A stretch of DNA of 64,000 nt from Chiloscyllium plagiosum. Lineage: Eukaryota. Location of the stretch: NCBI RefSeq assembly GCF_004010195.1, contig NC_057740.1, positions 33,399,703 to 33,463,702 of the forward strand, written 5' to 3'. Below the pieces are notes generated by a model that did no database searches, was not told the DNA's origin, and saw only the letters and a list, made by a program, of their open reading frames with translations. Positions 25,545 through 38,409 of this stretch are shown here, piece by piece (position 1 is the stretch's first letter; each line of letters opens with the position of its first letter). A program made the translations under genes and the position numbers.

Positions 25545-27390
25545 CACAAAAACAGAAGTTGCTGGAAAAGCTCAGCAGGTCTCAGCAGCATTTGTGGAGA
25601 GAAATCAGTTAACATTCAGATCCGGTGACTTTCCTCAGATCTAATGATAGCTAGAAAAATGTTGGTTCATATGCAGAAGATAGGATGGGGGGGGGGGTTA
25701 AGGAGTAAATGATAGGTGGGGATAGAGCACAAAGAGACAGAAGAACAGTTGGACAGACAAAGGACAAAGGAGTCAATAACTATATGGCTGGGAGGGTGAA
25801 TAGCTGTTAATGGAGACTGTTAGTGACTAACACTAGGTAGTATGCAATGGCAGACTATGTGATAACAAGGCCTGGTGTCTGGGTTTGGGGGCTAGGACAT
25901 GAGAGAGTTCAGGCCCTAAAATTATCGAACGCGACATTGAGTCCAGAGGGGTGCAAGGTCCCCAGGTGGAAAATTTGATGTTGTCCTTCCAGCTTGCACT
26001 GAGCTTCGCTGGAACATTATAGCAAGCCTGAGGCAGCGATGTTGGCCAGATGTTGGTGAGTTAAAGTCAAAAAGGGTGACGCTGGAAAAGAACAGCAGGT
26101 GAGGCAGCATCCAGGGAGCAGGAGAGTTGACGTTTTGGGCATGAGCCCTTCATCAGAAATGCGTTAGAGTGCTTTTTGCAGGCAGAACGTAGATGTTCTA
26201 TGAAGTGGTCACCCAGTCTACATTCCGTTTCCCCAACGTACAGGAGACCACATTGTGAGCTGTGAATGCAATGGACAAGATTGAGTGAAGTGCAGGTAAA
26301 GTGCTGCTTCATCTGGAAGGTGTGTTTGGGCCCTTGGATACTGAGGAGGGAGGGGGTAAATGGGTAGATGTTACACCTATGGCAGTTGCAGGGGAAGATG
26401 CTATAGGAGTGTGTGTGTGTGTGTGTTTGTGTTTGTGTTTGTGTTTGTGTTTGTGTGTTGGGGGTGGGGGGGGGAGGATGGTGTTAGAAGAGTGGCCCAG
26501 GGTGTCCCAGATCTGCAGAAGGCTGACAAGGGAGGGGAGGGGAATATGTGTCCGGTGGTGACATCTTACTGGAAATGGCAGTTGGTGATCTTCTGGATGT
26601 GGATGCTGGTGGGATGATAAGTAAGGACAAGGGGAACCCAATCGCTGGTACAGGAGGGAAGAGAGGAGGTAAGGGCCAAAGTGTGGAAGATGGGTTGGAC
26701 CCTCAATTGAGGGCCCTGTCAACAATGGTGCTGTGGAATCCTCGGTTGTGGTAGCAGGTGGACATTTTAAAGACACCCTTGTTGAAGTAGGCATTATCGG
26801 AACATATGCGTTGGAGTTGGAGGAACTGGGAGAATAGAATGGAGTCTTTACAGGAAGCAGGGTGTGAGGATGTATGGTCCAGGTAACTGTGGGAGTCGGT
26901 GGGATTGTAGCGGATATTAGTGGCCAGTCTATCCCCAGAATGGAAACAGAGATGTCAAGGAAGGGAAGGGAGGAATTAGAGATAGACCAGGTGAAAGTGA
27001 GGGAAAGATGGAAATTGGAAACAAAATTGATTAACTTTTCCAATTCAGAATGAGAGAGTGAAGCAGCACCAATGATACCATTGATTACTTGGAGAAAGAG
27101 TTGTGAGTAGGAGTCAGAAAAGGAATGGAATAAGGAGTGTTCCACATACTCCAAAAAGCGACAGGCATAACCAGGGCCCCTGTGGGTACCAATGGCCACG
27201 CCTCTGAACTGAAGCAAATGAGAAGAATTTTTTAAAAAGTTGTTGAGGGTGAGGACAAGTTCAGCCAAACAGAGGAGGCTGGGGTGGGTGGGAATGGTTC
27301 AGGCCTTTGCTCCAGGAAGGTGAGGAGAGCCCTGAGACCATCCTGCTGGGGGATGGACATGTAAAGGGATTGCATATCTACGGTGAAGAG
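25545..27390 (-). mobile_element. Degenerate Penelope-like retroelement (RT plus GIY-YIG plus pLTR), Neptune-like
   Basis: RT motifs D.QSLY.SIP and ELVLTLNNF..Q..GVA.GT..GP.YAC, LPFLDI; Cys-rich linker FPCNC.RCN; GIY-YIG NLVHCIH.SQCGLLYVGET; frameshifted; nested mini-element at about 26065-26160. Confidence 0.9.
26409..26458. repeat. (GT)n/(GTTTGT)n compound microsatellite
   Basis: Directly visible. Confidence 0.9.
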
Positions 27391-27571
27391 GAGGCTGCTG
27401 GACCCCATAAACTGGAAATATTTTTGTTTCTGATTTACAGGACCTGCAGTTATTTTGATTTTTATCATACAGGCAAATTGAAGCTAAGCTTCATAGGGGC
27501 TGCATTTTGTTTTAAAATGTTTCAGAGAAACAAAACGTATCAGATAAACCTTTCTTTCTTTAGGCACAGTT

Positions 27572-27695
27572 TGGAGGGTTTGGAGGAATATGGGCCGGGT
27601 GCTGGCAGGTGGGACTAGATTGGGTTGGGATATCTGGTCGGCGTGGACAGGTTAGACCGAAGGGTCTGTTTCCATGCTGTACGTCTCTATGACAC
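27572..27695 (+). mobile_element. CR1/HER1-like LINE 3' tail
   Basis: Matches 16585-16700. Confidence 0.75.
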
Positions 27696-27786
27696 AGAGG
27701 ATCTGTTATTGTTATCTGATAGAACGTTGTGCTTTTTTAAAGAAATATAAAGAAATGGTTGACGAGCATTATTGGTTTGTGTTCTT

Positions 27787-27985
27787 ATTTTTAATAAAAT
27801 GTGGCGCTGGGAAACGTACAGCAGGCCAGACAGCATCCGAGAAGCAGGAGAGTCAATGTTTCAGAACTGATGAAAGGTCCTGCCCGATTCTCCTGCTCCT
27901 CGGACGCTGCCTGACCTGCTGTGCATTTTACAGCACCACTCTTTATCGACTCTGACTCCCCAGCATCTGCCGTCCTAGCTATCCC
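27787..27985. mobile_element. Fold-back PLE mini-element
   Basis: Inverted arms; 11-bp TSD TTTGTGTTCTT (27776-27786 and 27986-27996). Confidence 0.7.
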
Positions 27986-28094
27986 TTTGTGTTCTTCCTT
28001 TGTCAGCTTCCAGCTTCTGCGCAAGCAGCAACCAGAAGAAGCTGCAGAACTTAAACAAAAACCATACATTTCACAACCTCAGGACATCCCCAGG

Positions 28095-29183
28095 TGGCGA
28101 GAGGAACACTAGCTGGCTAGAAATGTAAAAGTGAATGGGAAGAGTTTCCACAGTTATTTCAAAAGGAAAAGCGTAAGGAAAGTGACTGTTGGTTCCTCTA
28201 GAGAGGGAGAATAGGGAGTTAATAGGAGATAATAAGGAAATACTGGCAGAATTATAGAGTTGTTTCAGTGCAGAAGAAGATCATTTGGCCCATCATGTCT
28301 GCACTGGGTGAGTATTTTGACAGTGCCATGCTCCTTCCTTCTCCCTGTAACCCTTCACGTTGTTTCTGTGTAACTAATGCTGTCTTGAATACATACCTGG
28401 TGTTTCACAGCCACTAGTTTTGAATTACAAAATTCTTGAATAGAGAAACCTAAAACTAATTTACCTGAGGGTGGTGCCATCTCCTGTGGGAGGTGTGTAG
28501 AATCCCCTTAGGAGGTGGCACACTGTTCCTGCATAACATACATACCCACCTTCACATTAAGTCTGCAATATGAAATGAATTCCAAATGCTTTCATTCCAC
28601 CTGCCAAACACCAGGTCCTTGCTCGCTTCCTGCTGCTATTTTTTTCTACAGTTTCTCATCAGTGGTGGTTTACCATTGTCCTTCTGTCTCAGGGATGGAG
28701 CAAGAAAGATCAAATTCACACTGCTGCCATCAATTCTGAAACATGCAATAGCAGCCTAGTCAATGTGCTAACTGGTCACCTTCAGTCTACAATAGGACAG
28801 AAAATATTTCCATTCTTTCATAAATGTGCTGATTTTCTCATATTTAACTGATCCAGGCACAGCCTGGAAGAGGTGGAGACAGGTATGTATTCAAGACAGC
28901 ATTAGTTACACAGAAACAACGTGAAGGGTTACAGGGAGAAGGAAGGAGCATGGCACTGTCAAAATACTCACCCAGTGCAGACATGATGGGCCAAATGATC
29001 TTCTTCTGCACTGAAACAACTCTATAATTCTGCCAGTATTTCCTTATTATCTCCTATTAACTCCCTATTCTCCCTCTCTAGAGGAACCAACAGTCACTTT
29101 CCTTACGCTTTTCTTTTGAAATAACTGTGGAAACTCTTCCCATTCACTTTTACATTTCTAGCCAGCTAGTGTTCCTCTCGCCA
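28095..29183. repeat. About 305-bp near-perfect inverted duplication (28095-28399 vs 28880-29183), 480-bp spacer
   Basis: The arms are reverse complements; I saw only one 1-bp indel. Confidence 0.95.
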
Positions 29184-29961
29184 TCTGAGTTCTTTCTCCT
29201 GATCAAATGTTTAGTCATTCTTTATTTTCTGTCCAATAGGCAGACCTGCTGCTCACCTTTGTGCAATGATGTGCTTTTTCCTAAACATGGTTGCTTTTTA
29301 AAAATGTATTTAGTTAACCATCTATACTAAGTCCTCCTTGTAGAATCCTCCTCTTAGAAAGTTTGAATATACTTATTCTGAAATATAACCTTAAATGTTG
29401 CCGCTGCTTCTCAAATGATTTATCTCCTAGCCTAGTGTCCCAGTTCATTTCAAATGGCTCAGCTATCATGTCCACAAAGTTGTCCTCATTTGGGATTAAA
29501 ATGTTAGTCTTGGATCCATTCTTCCCACTTTCACACTGAATGTAAAATTCAATCATGTTAGTGATTGTTGCTACCCAGGGGTGCCTTTACTCTGAGGTCA
29601 TTCATTAATCTTGTTACATTACACAGTACAGGTCAAATATAACCTGCTTTCTGGTTGATTCTAGAATATGCTGCTCTTCGAAACTATCTTGAGAAGATTC
29701 TATGAACCCCTCTTCTAGGCTTTTAATGCCAGTTTGACTTTTCCAGTTTGTAAGTAAAATCACCCATAATTATTGCTGCTCCTTTGTTCATGTGCCTACA
29801 GACTTCTTTGTTCTACTATTCCTTATCTCCACCCAAACTTATTTACATTCTGATCTCCTCAATCAAAGTCATTTCTAACTAAATGCCATTCTTGATTAAC
29901 TCTGGTACCCCTCTACCTAAGCTTCTTGAATGTCATGTCCCCCTCAATATTTAGGACCAGA

Positions 29962-31088
29962 TGTTACAGACCAAACCCCTTCAAGATATATTAAGAAGAT
30001 TGCTTATACTTTAACTTTTTCTTATTTTAAAGGTAAGTATAAGGCTTTGCATTCCAGATGCAATTCAGTTGGTTAAACTACTCAACTTTAAGCAAAACAC
30101 ATTATTTTTATACTACAATTAAAATACAGACAAAATAAATATAAAAGAAAATAATTGGTTTAGCTGTAACTCTATCAAAATGCTTAACAAAGTAATATAT
30201 ATTAACTGCTCCAATATAGTAATATTCCCTAAACACACCCTTGACAAAAGGTAAATTCAGTAAAACATATTGTCTCACATGCAATTCTAGCAGCAGGAAG
30301 CGAACCCCTGCTTTTAGCTGGATCAGTGAAAGGAATAAGAGCTATTTGTCGAGGTTCGCCCCGAGCAGCACCGTGAAGCGGGACTCCGTGCTCTATGGTC
30401 TGTTCCCTGGGACGCACACCGAGACGAACATCAACTGTGCCTGGAGGATCATCAACTCGGTGAAGGATGCTCTCTGGGTGGTCCGAAACCTGTTGATCTT
30501 CCAGCTGAAGGAGTTGACCCCGACTGAGTGTTGCAGACTGGCACATTCCAAGGTCCAGGACTATGTGTTGAGGGACGCGCTGAAGCTTGGGGCAGCTGCT
30601 GCCAAGGCGCAGTGGGGAAAGATCACCATGTAACATCTGCCTGCCTAAGAAGAACAGGGGGCCCACGCAGTCTTTTGGACTCTGCTGATGCCTCAGCTAA
30701 ATATATGGACATATGATTGATAAATGTACAGACCTGTATATACAAATGATAAATTCTGATCTCTGTATGCAAATGTTTACGTATGTATGGCATGACTAAC
30801 TGTACAGACCATCAAATTATTTTATGAATAAAGAATATTTTTGAAATAAAAAAAAGCTTCCACATCCAGCAACTTCAGAAAGCTAAAACTAAAAATTCTG
30901 GTTCTGTCGGAGCTTCACCCCACCCATTCAGTCTGCTTCTATTGTTCCAACTTTTTTAAAAATCCAAAGCCTTACAAACTGTTTACTTTAGTGGCTTTGA
31001 GCAGACCACTCATACCTCTATCTCAACTTTTCTTCACAAGAAAAACCAGGACAAAATACATCTCTTAAAGTCATAGTATAGTCGCACA
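29962..31088 (-). mobile_element. Solo-LTR-like element interrupted by a Tx1/L1 insertion, itself within an old LINE
   Basis: TG...CA ends; homology to 22454-23084; the host LINE resumes after 31088. Confidence 0.55.
30343..30855 (+). mobile_element. Tx1/L1-clade LINE 3' end (ORF2 C-terminus, 3'UTR, polyA)
   Basis: YLSRF..VLYGLFPGTH..AWRIINSVKDALW..RN..W C-terminus ending at 30633; AATAAA at about 30827 followed by an A tail; GC/CpG-rich, so relatively young. Confidence 0.75.
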
Positions 31089-31467
31089 GTCCTTGTCATC
31101 ATGCAGCCTTGTTTCCTTAACAGCTATGAGATCATACTTATTTGTTTAATTGTGCACTGTCAATTTGTTTATTTTGTCATGAATGCAATGTGCATTCAGA
31201 TACAGAGCTTTTGGTTTTGGTTTTTTGTCACCTATATAACACCTAGTCTTGACTGTTGGCCTACTATTAGTTTTTTTTTGTCAGTTCCTTCCTGCCATTG
31301 TCTAACATTCATTCCCCAAATTACTGAAGTGCTTCCCTGTTTCAACTCTATCCCCTAATTTGTTACATCTACCTAAGCTTGATCTCTCACCTTCAATGTG
31401 AAGTTGAATGTCCTCTCTATTTCCCTTTTTATATAGTTTGCTACAACACTAGTCCCAGGATTGTTTA

Positions 31468-31703
31468 TGAAATAACTCCACAGAAGCAAGTATCCTGTCA
31501 TTAAGTCTTCCTTTATTTACTCATGGAGAGTCCTTGACACTGGTCTGGCTCCCTCAGAGCCAGCTCTCAGAGTGAACAAAACCTTTGACACTCCTGTTTA
31601 CATCTGTCAGCTAGGGCTCCCTGATTGGGCCATATTAACAGTCCCAGTCAGGGAACTCACATTCTATAAGATTCACTTGGCTGACCTCGTTATAATCACT
31701 ACT
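31468..31703 (-). mobile_element. Short solo-LTR-like repeat (copy 2)
   Basis: Homologous to 17271-17500. Confidence 0.6.
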
Positions 31704-31964
31704 GTCCAAGTGTAGACCATCCCAAAAGTACAATTCCCACATTCTCTGTTACTGATGCCAGTGCCCACAAACTAGAAATCACCTCTTCCACATGTGTCTT
31801 TGAGACATGCATCCACTCTCCAATCTAATGTGCCCTGTGTCAATTGTCACATAGTTCAAATACGAGATTATTAAACTTGAGTTTCTGTGCTTCAATTTGG
31901 TGCTCAAGTGCACTACATAAGCAGAACCTCTTTCCTAGTGTTACCTGAGGGTTCCTGTTGTCAT

Positions 31965-32278
31965 GATTAGCTTCCCTGCAGTGTGGAAACAGGTACTTCA
32001 GCCCAACAAGTCCACACCGACCTTCCAAAGAGTAACTCACCCAGACCCATTTCCCTCTGACTACTGCACCTAACACTATGGGCAATTTAGCATGGCCAAT
32101 TCACCTGACCTTCACATCGTTGGACTGTGGGAGGAAACTGGAACACCCGGATGAAACCCAGACAGACACAGGGAGAAAATGCAAGCTCCACACAGACAAT
32201 GACCCAAGGCTGGAATCGAACCTGGGACCCTCACGCTGTGAGGCAGCAGTGCTAACTACTGAGCCACCATGCCACCCC
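31965..32278 (-). mobile_element. HE1-like SINE
   Basis: Minus-strand A box TGGCTCAGTAG and B box GGTTCGATTCC, plus HE1 tail. Confidence 0.85.
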
Positions 32279-32785
32279 AAGTGCAGTATCAATGTTCATA
32301 TCTGTAAATTAGGAGAGCTGGGTTTATGTCCCACCTGCTCTGGAGATAGATAATAATAATTAACCTATGATAGGTTAATTAGAATTATCTCCTATTCCTA
32401 CCTGTGCCCTACACTAGCCACAACTACTGGATCCACCATTCCAAGGGTTTAAGAGTGACACTCCAATTTCACACATGTACATGCAATACCCCATCTGCTG
32501 GTGACAATGGTCATAAACAAATTGTAAACATCCGTTAAATAATTTTACATTTTAAACCCTGCACCCATTTTCAGTTGGATATTCCATAGCCATTTATATC
32601 ATTTCTGAACCCATCTTTTGTTTCCATACTTGCCCTGTTATCATTCCTGGCACTATCATCACTTCTTTTCATGTAATTATTCCATCACCACACTCATAAG
32701 AACATAAGAGTAGAAATGGGCCATTCGGCCCATCGAGTCTGTTCTGCCATTCAATGAGATTATGGGTAATCTGTTAATTCACTCC

Positions 32786-33096
32786 GGCACGGTGGCACAG
32801 TGGTTAGCACTGCTGCCTCACAGCACCAGAGACCTGGGTTCAAATCCCGCCTCAGGCAACTAACTGTGTGGAGTTTGCACATTCTCCCCGTGTCTGTGTG
32901 GGTTTCCTCCAGGGGCTCCGGTTTCCTCCCACAGTCCAAAGATGGGCAGGTCAGGTGAATTGGCCATGCTAAATTGCCCGGTAGTGGTAGGTGAAAGGGC
33001 AAGTGTAGGGGTATGGGTGGGTTGCGCTTCGGCAGGTTGGTGTGGACGTTGGGCCGAAGGGCCTGTTTCCACACTGTAGGTAATCTAATCTAATCT
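32786..33096 (+). mobile_element. HE1-like SINE, full length
   Basis: A box TGGCACAGTGG, B box GGTTCAAATCC, CR1-like tail ending in (TAATC)3. Confidence 0.9.
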
Positions 33097-33160
33097 TTCC
33101 TGAATTTTCCACATTTCCCTCAATTCCCTTATTAATTAAATATCTGTCTCTCTCAGCTTT

Positions 33161-33308
33161 GAGTCGAGAGGATGGTGCTGGAGTAGGAGAATCAACGTTT
33201 CGGGCAGAAGCCCTTCATCAGGAATGTGATACCCGAAATGTCGACTCTCCTGCTCCTCGGATGCTGCCTGACCTGCTATGCTTTTCCAACGCCATACTTT
33301 TTGACTCT
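33161..33308. mobile_element. Fold-back PLE mini-element with intact hammerhead core on the minus strand (33194-33221)
   Basis: Minus strand reads CTGATGA-AGGGCTTCTGCCC-GAAA-CGTT. Confidence 0.75.
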
Positions 33309-34784
33309 TATTACTCAAATAGAGTCACTAAAAAGCAGATTGTTTGGCTGTTCCTCATACATTCAATTAAAGTGAATCCCAGCTTACTCGCTCCCCGTCT
33401 GATCAATAGAACTTTACTTTAGACAGAAACCTGGGAATAAAGAAACAGGCAAGTGGAACTTTCATAGGAATTCATTCAAATACATTAGACCATTTATTAT
33501 TTATATGATGCAGCATGATTGCAGTCCATTAGAAGTTTCATGTTTTATGCAGGCAATATTCTGGTATTGCATTAGAGCAAAGCACTTTGTGCAATGCTGC
33601 GCTGTTATTTCCAGGGACCAAAGTAAGTTCTGTGCCAAGCCAGACAAAGAACCATCTGGGATTCCACCCCCATTGGGGTGTGGGCATAAAGGATGGTGAG
33701 TGATGCAAGCTGTAGTCGAATAGTTTGGACTGAGAAATAGAGGCAGCTGTGAAATATTTAGTCCAGAAGGAGCTGGGGTAGAGACAAGAAAGCCAAGGGG
33801 TGGTGGTGATGGTGGTGGTGTGCATGTGGGGGAGGGGGGTCAAATGGAAGCCTGCAGTTCCTCTCTTTTCCACCGATTGTTTTTGGTTCACTTCCCCACA
33901 TGTAAATAAAGTCATACAGCATAGAAACAGGCCCTTCAGCCCATCATGTCTATAGTAACCATTAAAACACCAAACTACACGAATCCCATTTACCTGCACT
34001 CGGTAAATAGCCTGCTATGCTCTGGCATTTCACATTGCCTTTCTCCATCCTAAACATCCAATACTGAGCACCAGGTACCCTGCAAATAACCGAGGGAATA
34101 GCTGGCCTGGTTCCCAATTTTCATAACACTATATTAATGCAAAAACAGCCCTTAAACAAGAACAAAATAAAATCTGGCCATACAAAACAGTTGCTTCAGC
34201 CTTTCAAAAACTGAAGGAAGATAAGCTGCTAACCTTCCAAATAGAGTGAATGTCACCTACTTAACCGTCATTATTTTTCCCCCCAAGACTTGGCTGCGCG
34301 TTTGCAGAATTTTCCGTTCTTATCCCATATTTCTGATTTTTTTTTAAAAAAAACTGTTCCAACGCCCAGCCGAAGGGGACAGATTTCGACTCAGGAATAG
34401 ATGTTAGTTTTGAGGAAAGAATGGAGAAGCGTTAAGGAGATAAACATGATTCCACGCGTGGATGTGTCGGTGCAGATGCATCATTGCATCTGGTCGACAG
34501 AGGCTACACAGATCTGTCAAGAGCTGTCGCTAAATGTGCCCAAATTTGCAACCCACAAAAAAACAAAAACACACACAGATTGGTCAGCACAAGGGGGATG
34601 CAGAGAATCACAAAGGGGAACTACCCCTTCACCCTCTCTCCTTGGGTGCCTGGTTCTTGAGCAATAACCTGGCAGACAGTTATTTGCCCTTGCTGTTTAA
34701 CTGTATACACACAAAACAACAAACCACAGATACAGTGAAAGGCACACCCACTTCAGCGCTGTAGATATTCACCAACTGTCTTAC

Positions 34785-35160
34785 CTCATTCCCAAAGAGA
34801 GAAGAATGAAGGAAAGAAAGAAGCCAAAGCAACCCCATAAAAGATTGTGTCTGGCCACGGGCTGCCTTTCAGCAGCTGGGAGACTCACTCTACTGTTGAG
34901 GGCTTGGTTTCTGTGTGTCACTGTTCCCAGCTGGAGCCTGACTGTGCTTCCCACCCCACTAGATGGCAGAATTTGTGCTACATCCGACACTGCCCGTGCA
35001 CAATATATAAAAACAACACAAAATCCATTCACCATCAAAATTAGTCAGCGACCAAATGAACAGAGAAATCCATAGCCTGAGCAATGTATTCATGTAGGTC
35101 AGACAAACAGAATGATGTAGTAATGCGGTGACAAAACATTCGCCTGCATAGCAATGCAGC
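34785..35160 (-). other. Candidate non-coding first exon/promoter of a minus-strand gene (possibly APC2)
   Basis: Strong donor GAG|GTAAGA at 34785/34784, repeat-free, retained CpGs at 34290-34540; human gene order is RPS15 then APC2 on the same strand; the upper boundary is a guess. Confidence 0.35.
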
Positions 35161-35489
35161 ATTGCGAGGTCAGAATTCAGGAAGTTAACTGTTTCAGTGG
35201 AGGATTTACAAAATAATTAATTGGTCTCTTGAGTTAATTCTGATCTGGGAATTGAATGGAAAGTGAACATTGGCACCATCCAGTGGTCACAGCAAGTATT
35301 GACACTTCTCATTCACTTGTTCTCATTGACCTCTATAATTCATTCTCAACCGCAACATTTCTAAAATCTAGACATAATATCCACTTTACAAGAAAAAATT
35401 GCCTTCTTTTAATCTTCTGCATGAAACCTTTCAGACATAGCAAAATAGTACATTAATTTCGATACTTTCATTTCCAATTCTGAACATGT

Positions 35490-35830
35490 CGGACATTGGT
35501 TAGGCCACTGTTGGAATATTGCATGCAATTCTGGTCTCCTTCCTATCGGAAAGATGTTGCGAAACTTGAAAGGGTTCAGAAAGGATTTACAAGGATGTTG
35601 CCAGGGTTGGAGGATGTGAGCTACAGCGAGAGGCTGAACAGGCTGGGGCTGTTTTCCCTGGAGTGTCGGAGGCTGAGGGGTGACCTTTACAAAATTATGA
35701 GGGGCATAGATAGGGTAAATAGGCAAAGTCTTTTCCCTGGGGTCGGGGAGACAAGAACTAGAGTGGTCGACATGGACAGGTTGGACCAAAGGGTCTGTTT
35801 CCATGCTGTACATCTCTATGACTCTATGTC
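35490..35830 (+). mobile_element. CR1/HER1-like LINE 3' fragment (internally deleted)
   Basis: ORF 35496..35882 reads VRPLLEYCMQFWSPSYRKDVAKLERVQKGFTRMLPGL. Confidence 0.9.
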
Positions 35831-36334
35831 ATATGTGTTTCTAAACATTAAGTCTGTTTCTCTCTGTTGCCAGACCTGCTGAATTTTTTCAGCAGTCCCT
35901 ATATTTGTTTTAGATTTCCAGCATCCACAGTATTTGCTTTCATTTGATGTTTTATCCTTGTTCTGTAATCACTCCATGCTATCTCTGCAATCTTGTCCAG
36001 CTTTCCGATTCTGTGAGATCTGAATGCTCTTCCATTTCTGGCTGTCAAAATCTTCCTTACTGTGCAGACAGCATGTGTGTCTTAAACAACAATGACTTGC
36101 ATTTATATTGCACATTTAACATAGCCAACCTTCCCAAGCCACGTAAACAAGAAACACTATCAGTAATGTAAACATTTCAGATGCCAAACCACGGAATAAG
36201 GTATCAGAACCAAAAGCTTTGTCAAAAATGTATGCTTCAATAAGTATCTTAATGTAGAGTAAGGCAGAGACAGAGATTTAGGGAGGCAATTCTGGAGCCA
36301 AAGATTCAGGCATGTGGAAGCAATGCACCCACAA

Positions 36335-37020
36335 ACATACTTTCCCTGGCAGTTCGTTCCACACAAAAGTTACTCTCTGTGTAAAACAAAGTTGCCCCTC
36401 ATGTCATTTTTAAACCTTTCTCCAGTCACCTTAAAAATATGCCCCTTGTTTTCATCTCACCCACCCTAGAGAAAAGATTCTTGCTGTTCACCTTGTCTAT
36501 GCCCTTCATGATTTTATAAATCTCTATAAGGTCACCCCTCAACCTTCACCACTCTAATGAAAAATGTCCCAGCCTATCAAGCCTATTTTCAAATCTCAAA
36601 ACCTCCATTCCTGGTGACATCGTGATAAATCTTTTCTGAACCCTCTGTAGTCTAATATCTTTCCTACAGCAGGACAACCAGAACTGCACACAGTACACCA
36701 GGGGAGGCCTCACCAAAGTCCTGTGCAACCTCAACATGATGTCCCAACTCCTATACTCAAAGATCTGAGCAATGAAGGCAAGCATGCTAAACATCTTCCT
36801 CACAATCTCACCTGTGGTGCAAATTTCAAAGAATTATGTACCTAAACACATAGGTCTCTCTGTTCTACAACATTACCGAGGGCCCTGCAATTAATCGTAT
36901 AAGTCCTACCCCTATTTGTTTTAGCAAAATGCAAAATCTTCCAATTACCAAAATTAAACTTCATCTGCCACACCTGAGCCCATTAACATGATTGATCAAG
37001 ATCTCTTTGTAATCTTAGCT
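36335..37020 (-). mobile_element. CR1-like LINE fragment
   Basis: ORF 36546..36803 reads LHRTLVRP.L.YCVQFW..RKDI.LQRVQKRF. Confidence 0.85.
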
Positions 37021-38014
37021 AACCATCTCAGCTGGATCTAAAAGGTGTAATAGGGTTCTTCAGTCCAGAGTGGTGTAAGTTAGTTGGATTAGACATGGGA
37101 AATGCAAGGTTACAGGGATAGGGTAGGGTGCGTGGGTCTGGGAGGGACTTTCTTCAGAGGGTCAGTGTGAACTCAACAGGTCGAATGGCTGCTTCTACAC
37201 TGTGAGGATCCTACAATTCTATGATTCTTTTGAAGCAGAGCAGGGAACTTTACCCTGGTGTCTTGGTCCATGTTAAACAAATATTAATAATTATTACCAG
37301 AAACAGATATTTGGGCACAAATGCATTGCTGTTTATGTGAGCTTACTGATGCAAAATACTTGCCGTCTTTCCTACATTACAACAGTAACTACACTTCAAA
37401 AAATACTTCATCAAGCACTTTGAGCAATCCAGTGGCAATTAGAAGCATTATATAAATTACTTTTTTTTTCAGAGATCGGTGGCTTATTTGTGATTGAGAT
37501 CTTCCCAAAATTTGAAAAAGAAATACTGCATTTTGAATTCATGAACATGTGAATTTTCTAGATGGCATTTTATTTACTGCACCCAAGTTGCAGTTCTTAC
37601 TGCCCTCTACCTGAAAAGTATGACCCTTTGTGGTTGACACTGCAACTAAGAGGAGCAGCTGCTTTCCATCCATTCTGTCCATGCTCCTTATTATCATATA
37701 CACCTCAAACACGACCCCTCAGCCTTATCTGCTCTAAAGATCACTGCTAGCAGCATTGGTGCAGAAATCCTTTACAAGGTACAAGGTTTTGGCTGCAATG
37801 CCCAGGCAGGAATGGAGGGCCTGTGGGTCTGCTTGGAAACTGATCTCCCCACCAGTCACTTAGTGTCACCATCTTTCCAGGTAGTCCTTCTCCCATAGTG
37901 CGCTTGATAGGAAATTGGAGTCCAATTGGAAAATCCCAGACCATTCATTAACTTAACTTGACAAGGTACTTAACAAAACCCATTGGCTTCCCACTTCCTG
38001 GGTCTGACAAGTGC

Positions 38015-38187
38015 TAGTGAGTTTTGCGGAGATTTGTAGCTCAGGTTGAGGTTCTGGATGTAGGTATAAATAGAAAACAGGAACTGTCAGCAGTGCTTCA
38101 TCTCAGGCCCACTGAAGATGTTACCTAATAGGGTGACGAAACATCTGGAAATGAACCTTCCAGCTCAGCGAGCAAATCTACATCCAT
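38015..38187 (+). mobile_element. PLE pLTR mini-element (Poseidon-like family) with hammerhead core at about 38110-38147
   Basis: CTGAAGA-T-GTTACCT..GGTGAC-GAAA-CATC; 12-bp TSD with one mismatch (38003-38014 and 38188-38199). Confidence 0.7.
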
Positions 38188-38295
38188 TCTGACAAATGCA
38201 TTGGCCCCAAACCATCTTGTCCAACATGGACGGTGCTGGGAACAAGCTTAGGAAATGTGGGGCTTGAAAACTCTGTTAATAATTTTACAGCAATG

Positions 38296-38409
38296 CCCAA
38301 AATGTCAATTCTCCTTCTCCTCAGATGCTGCCTGACCTGCAGTGCTTTTCCAGCGCCACATTTTTCAACTCTGATCTCCAGCATCTGCAGTCCTCACTTT
38401 CTCCCCGTC
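38296..38409 (+). mobile_element. Truncated PLE pLTR fragment
   Basis: Same tail as 60086-60284; TSD TTACAGCAATG / TTACGGCAATG. Confidence 0.65.

Noticed and set aside
26309-27268. 319-aa ORF with an HKHKHK tract as a novel protein
   Set aside because: It is a frameshifted Penelope RT remnant, and the His/Lys tract comes from the (GT)n/(GTTTGT)n microsatellite
32786-32870. tRNA gene (also at 3750-3822, 23690-23750 and 32210-32278)
   Set aside because: The A and B boxes run straight into a SINE body and LINE-derived tail, so these are SINE heads
1-34700. APC2 or other host coding exons
   Set aside because: No recognisable host protein sequence was found; short exons could have been missed by eye
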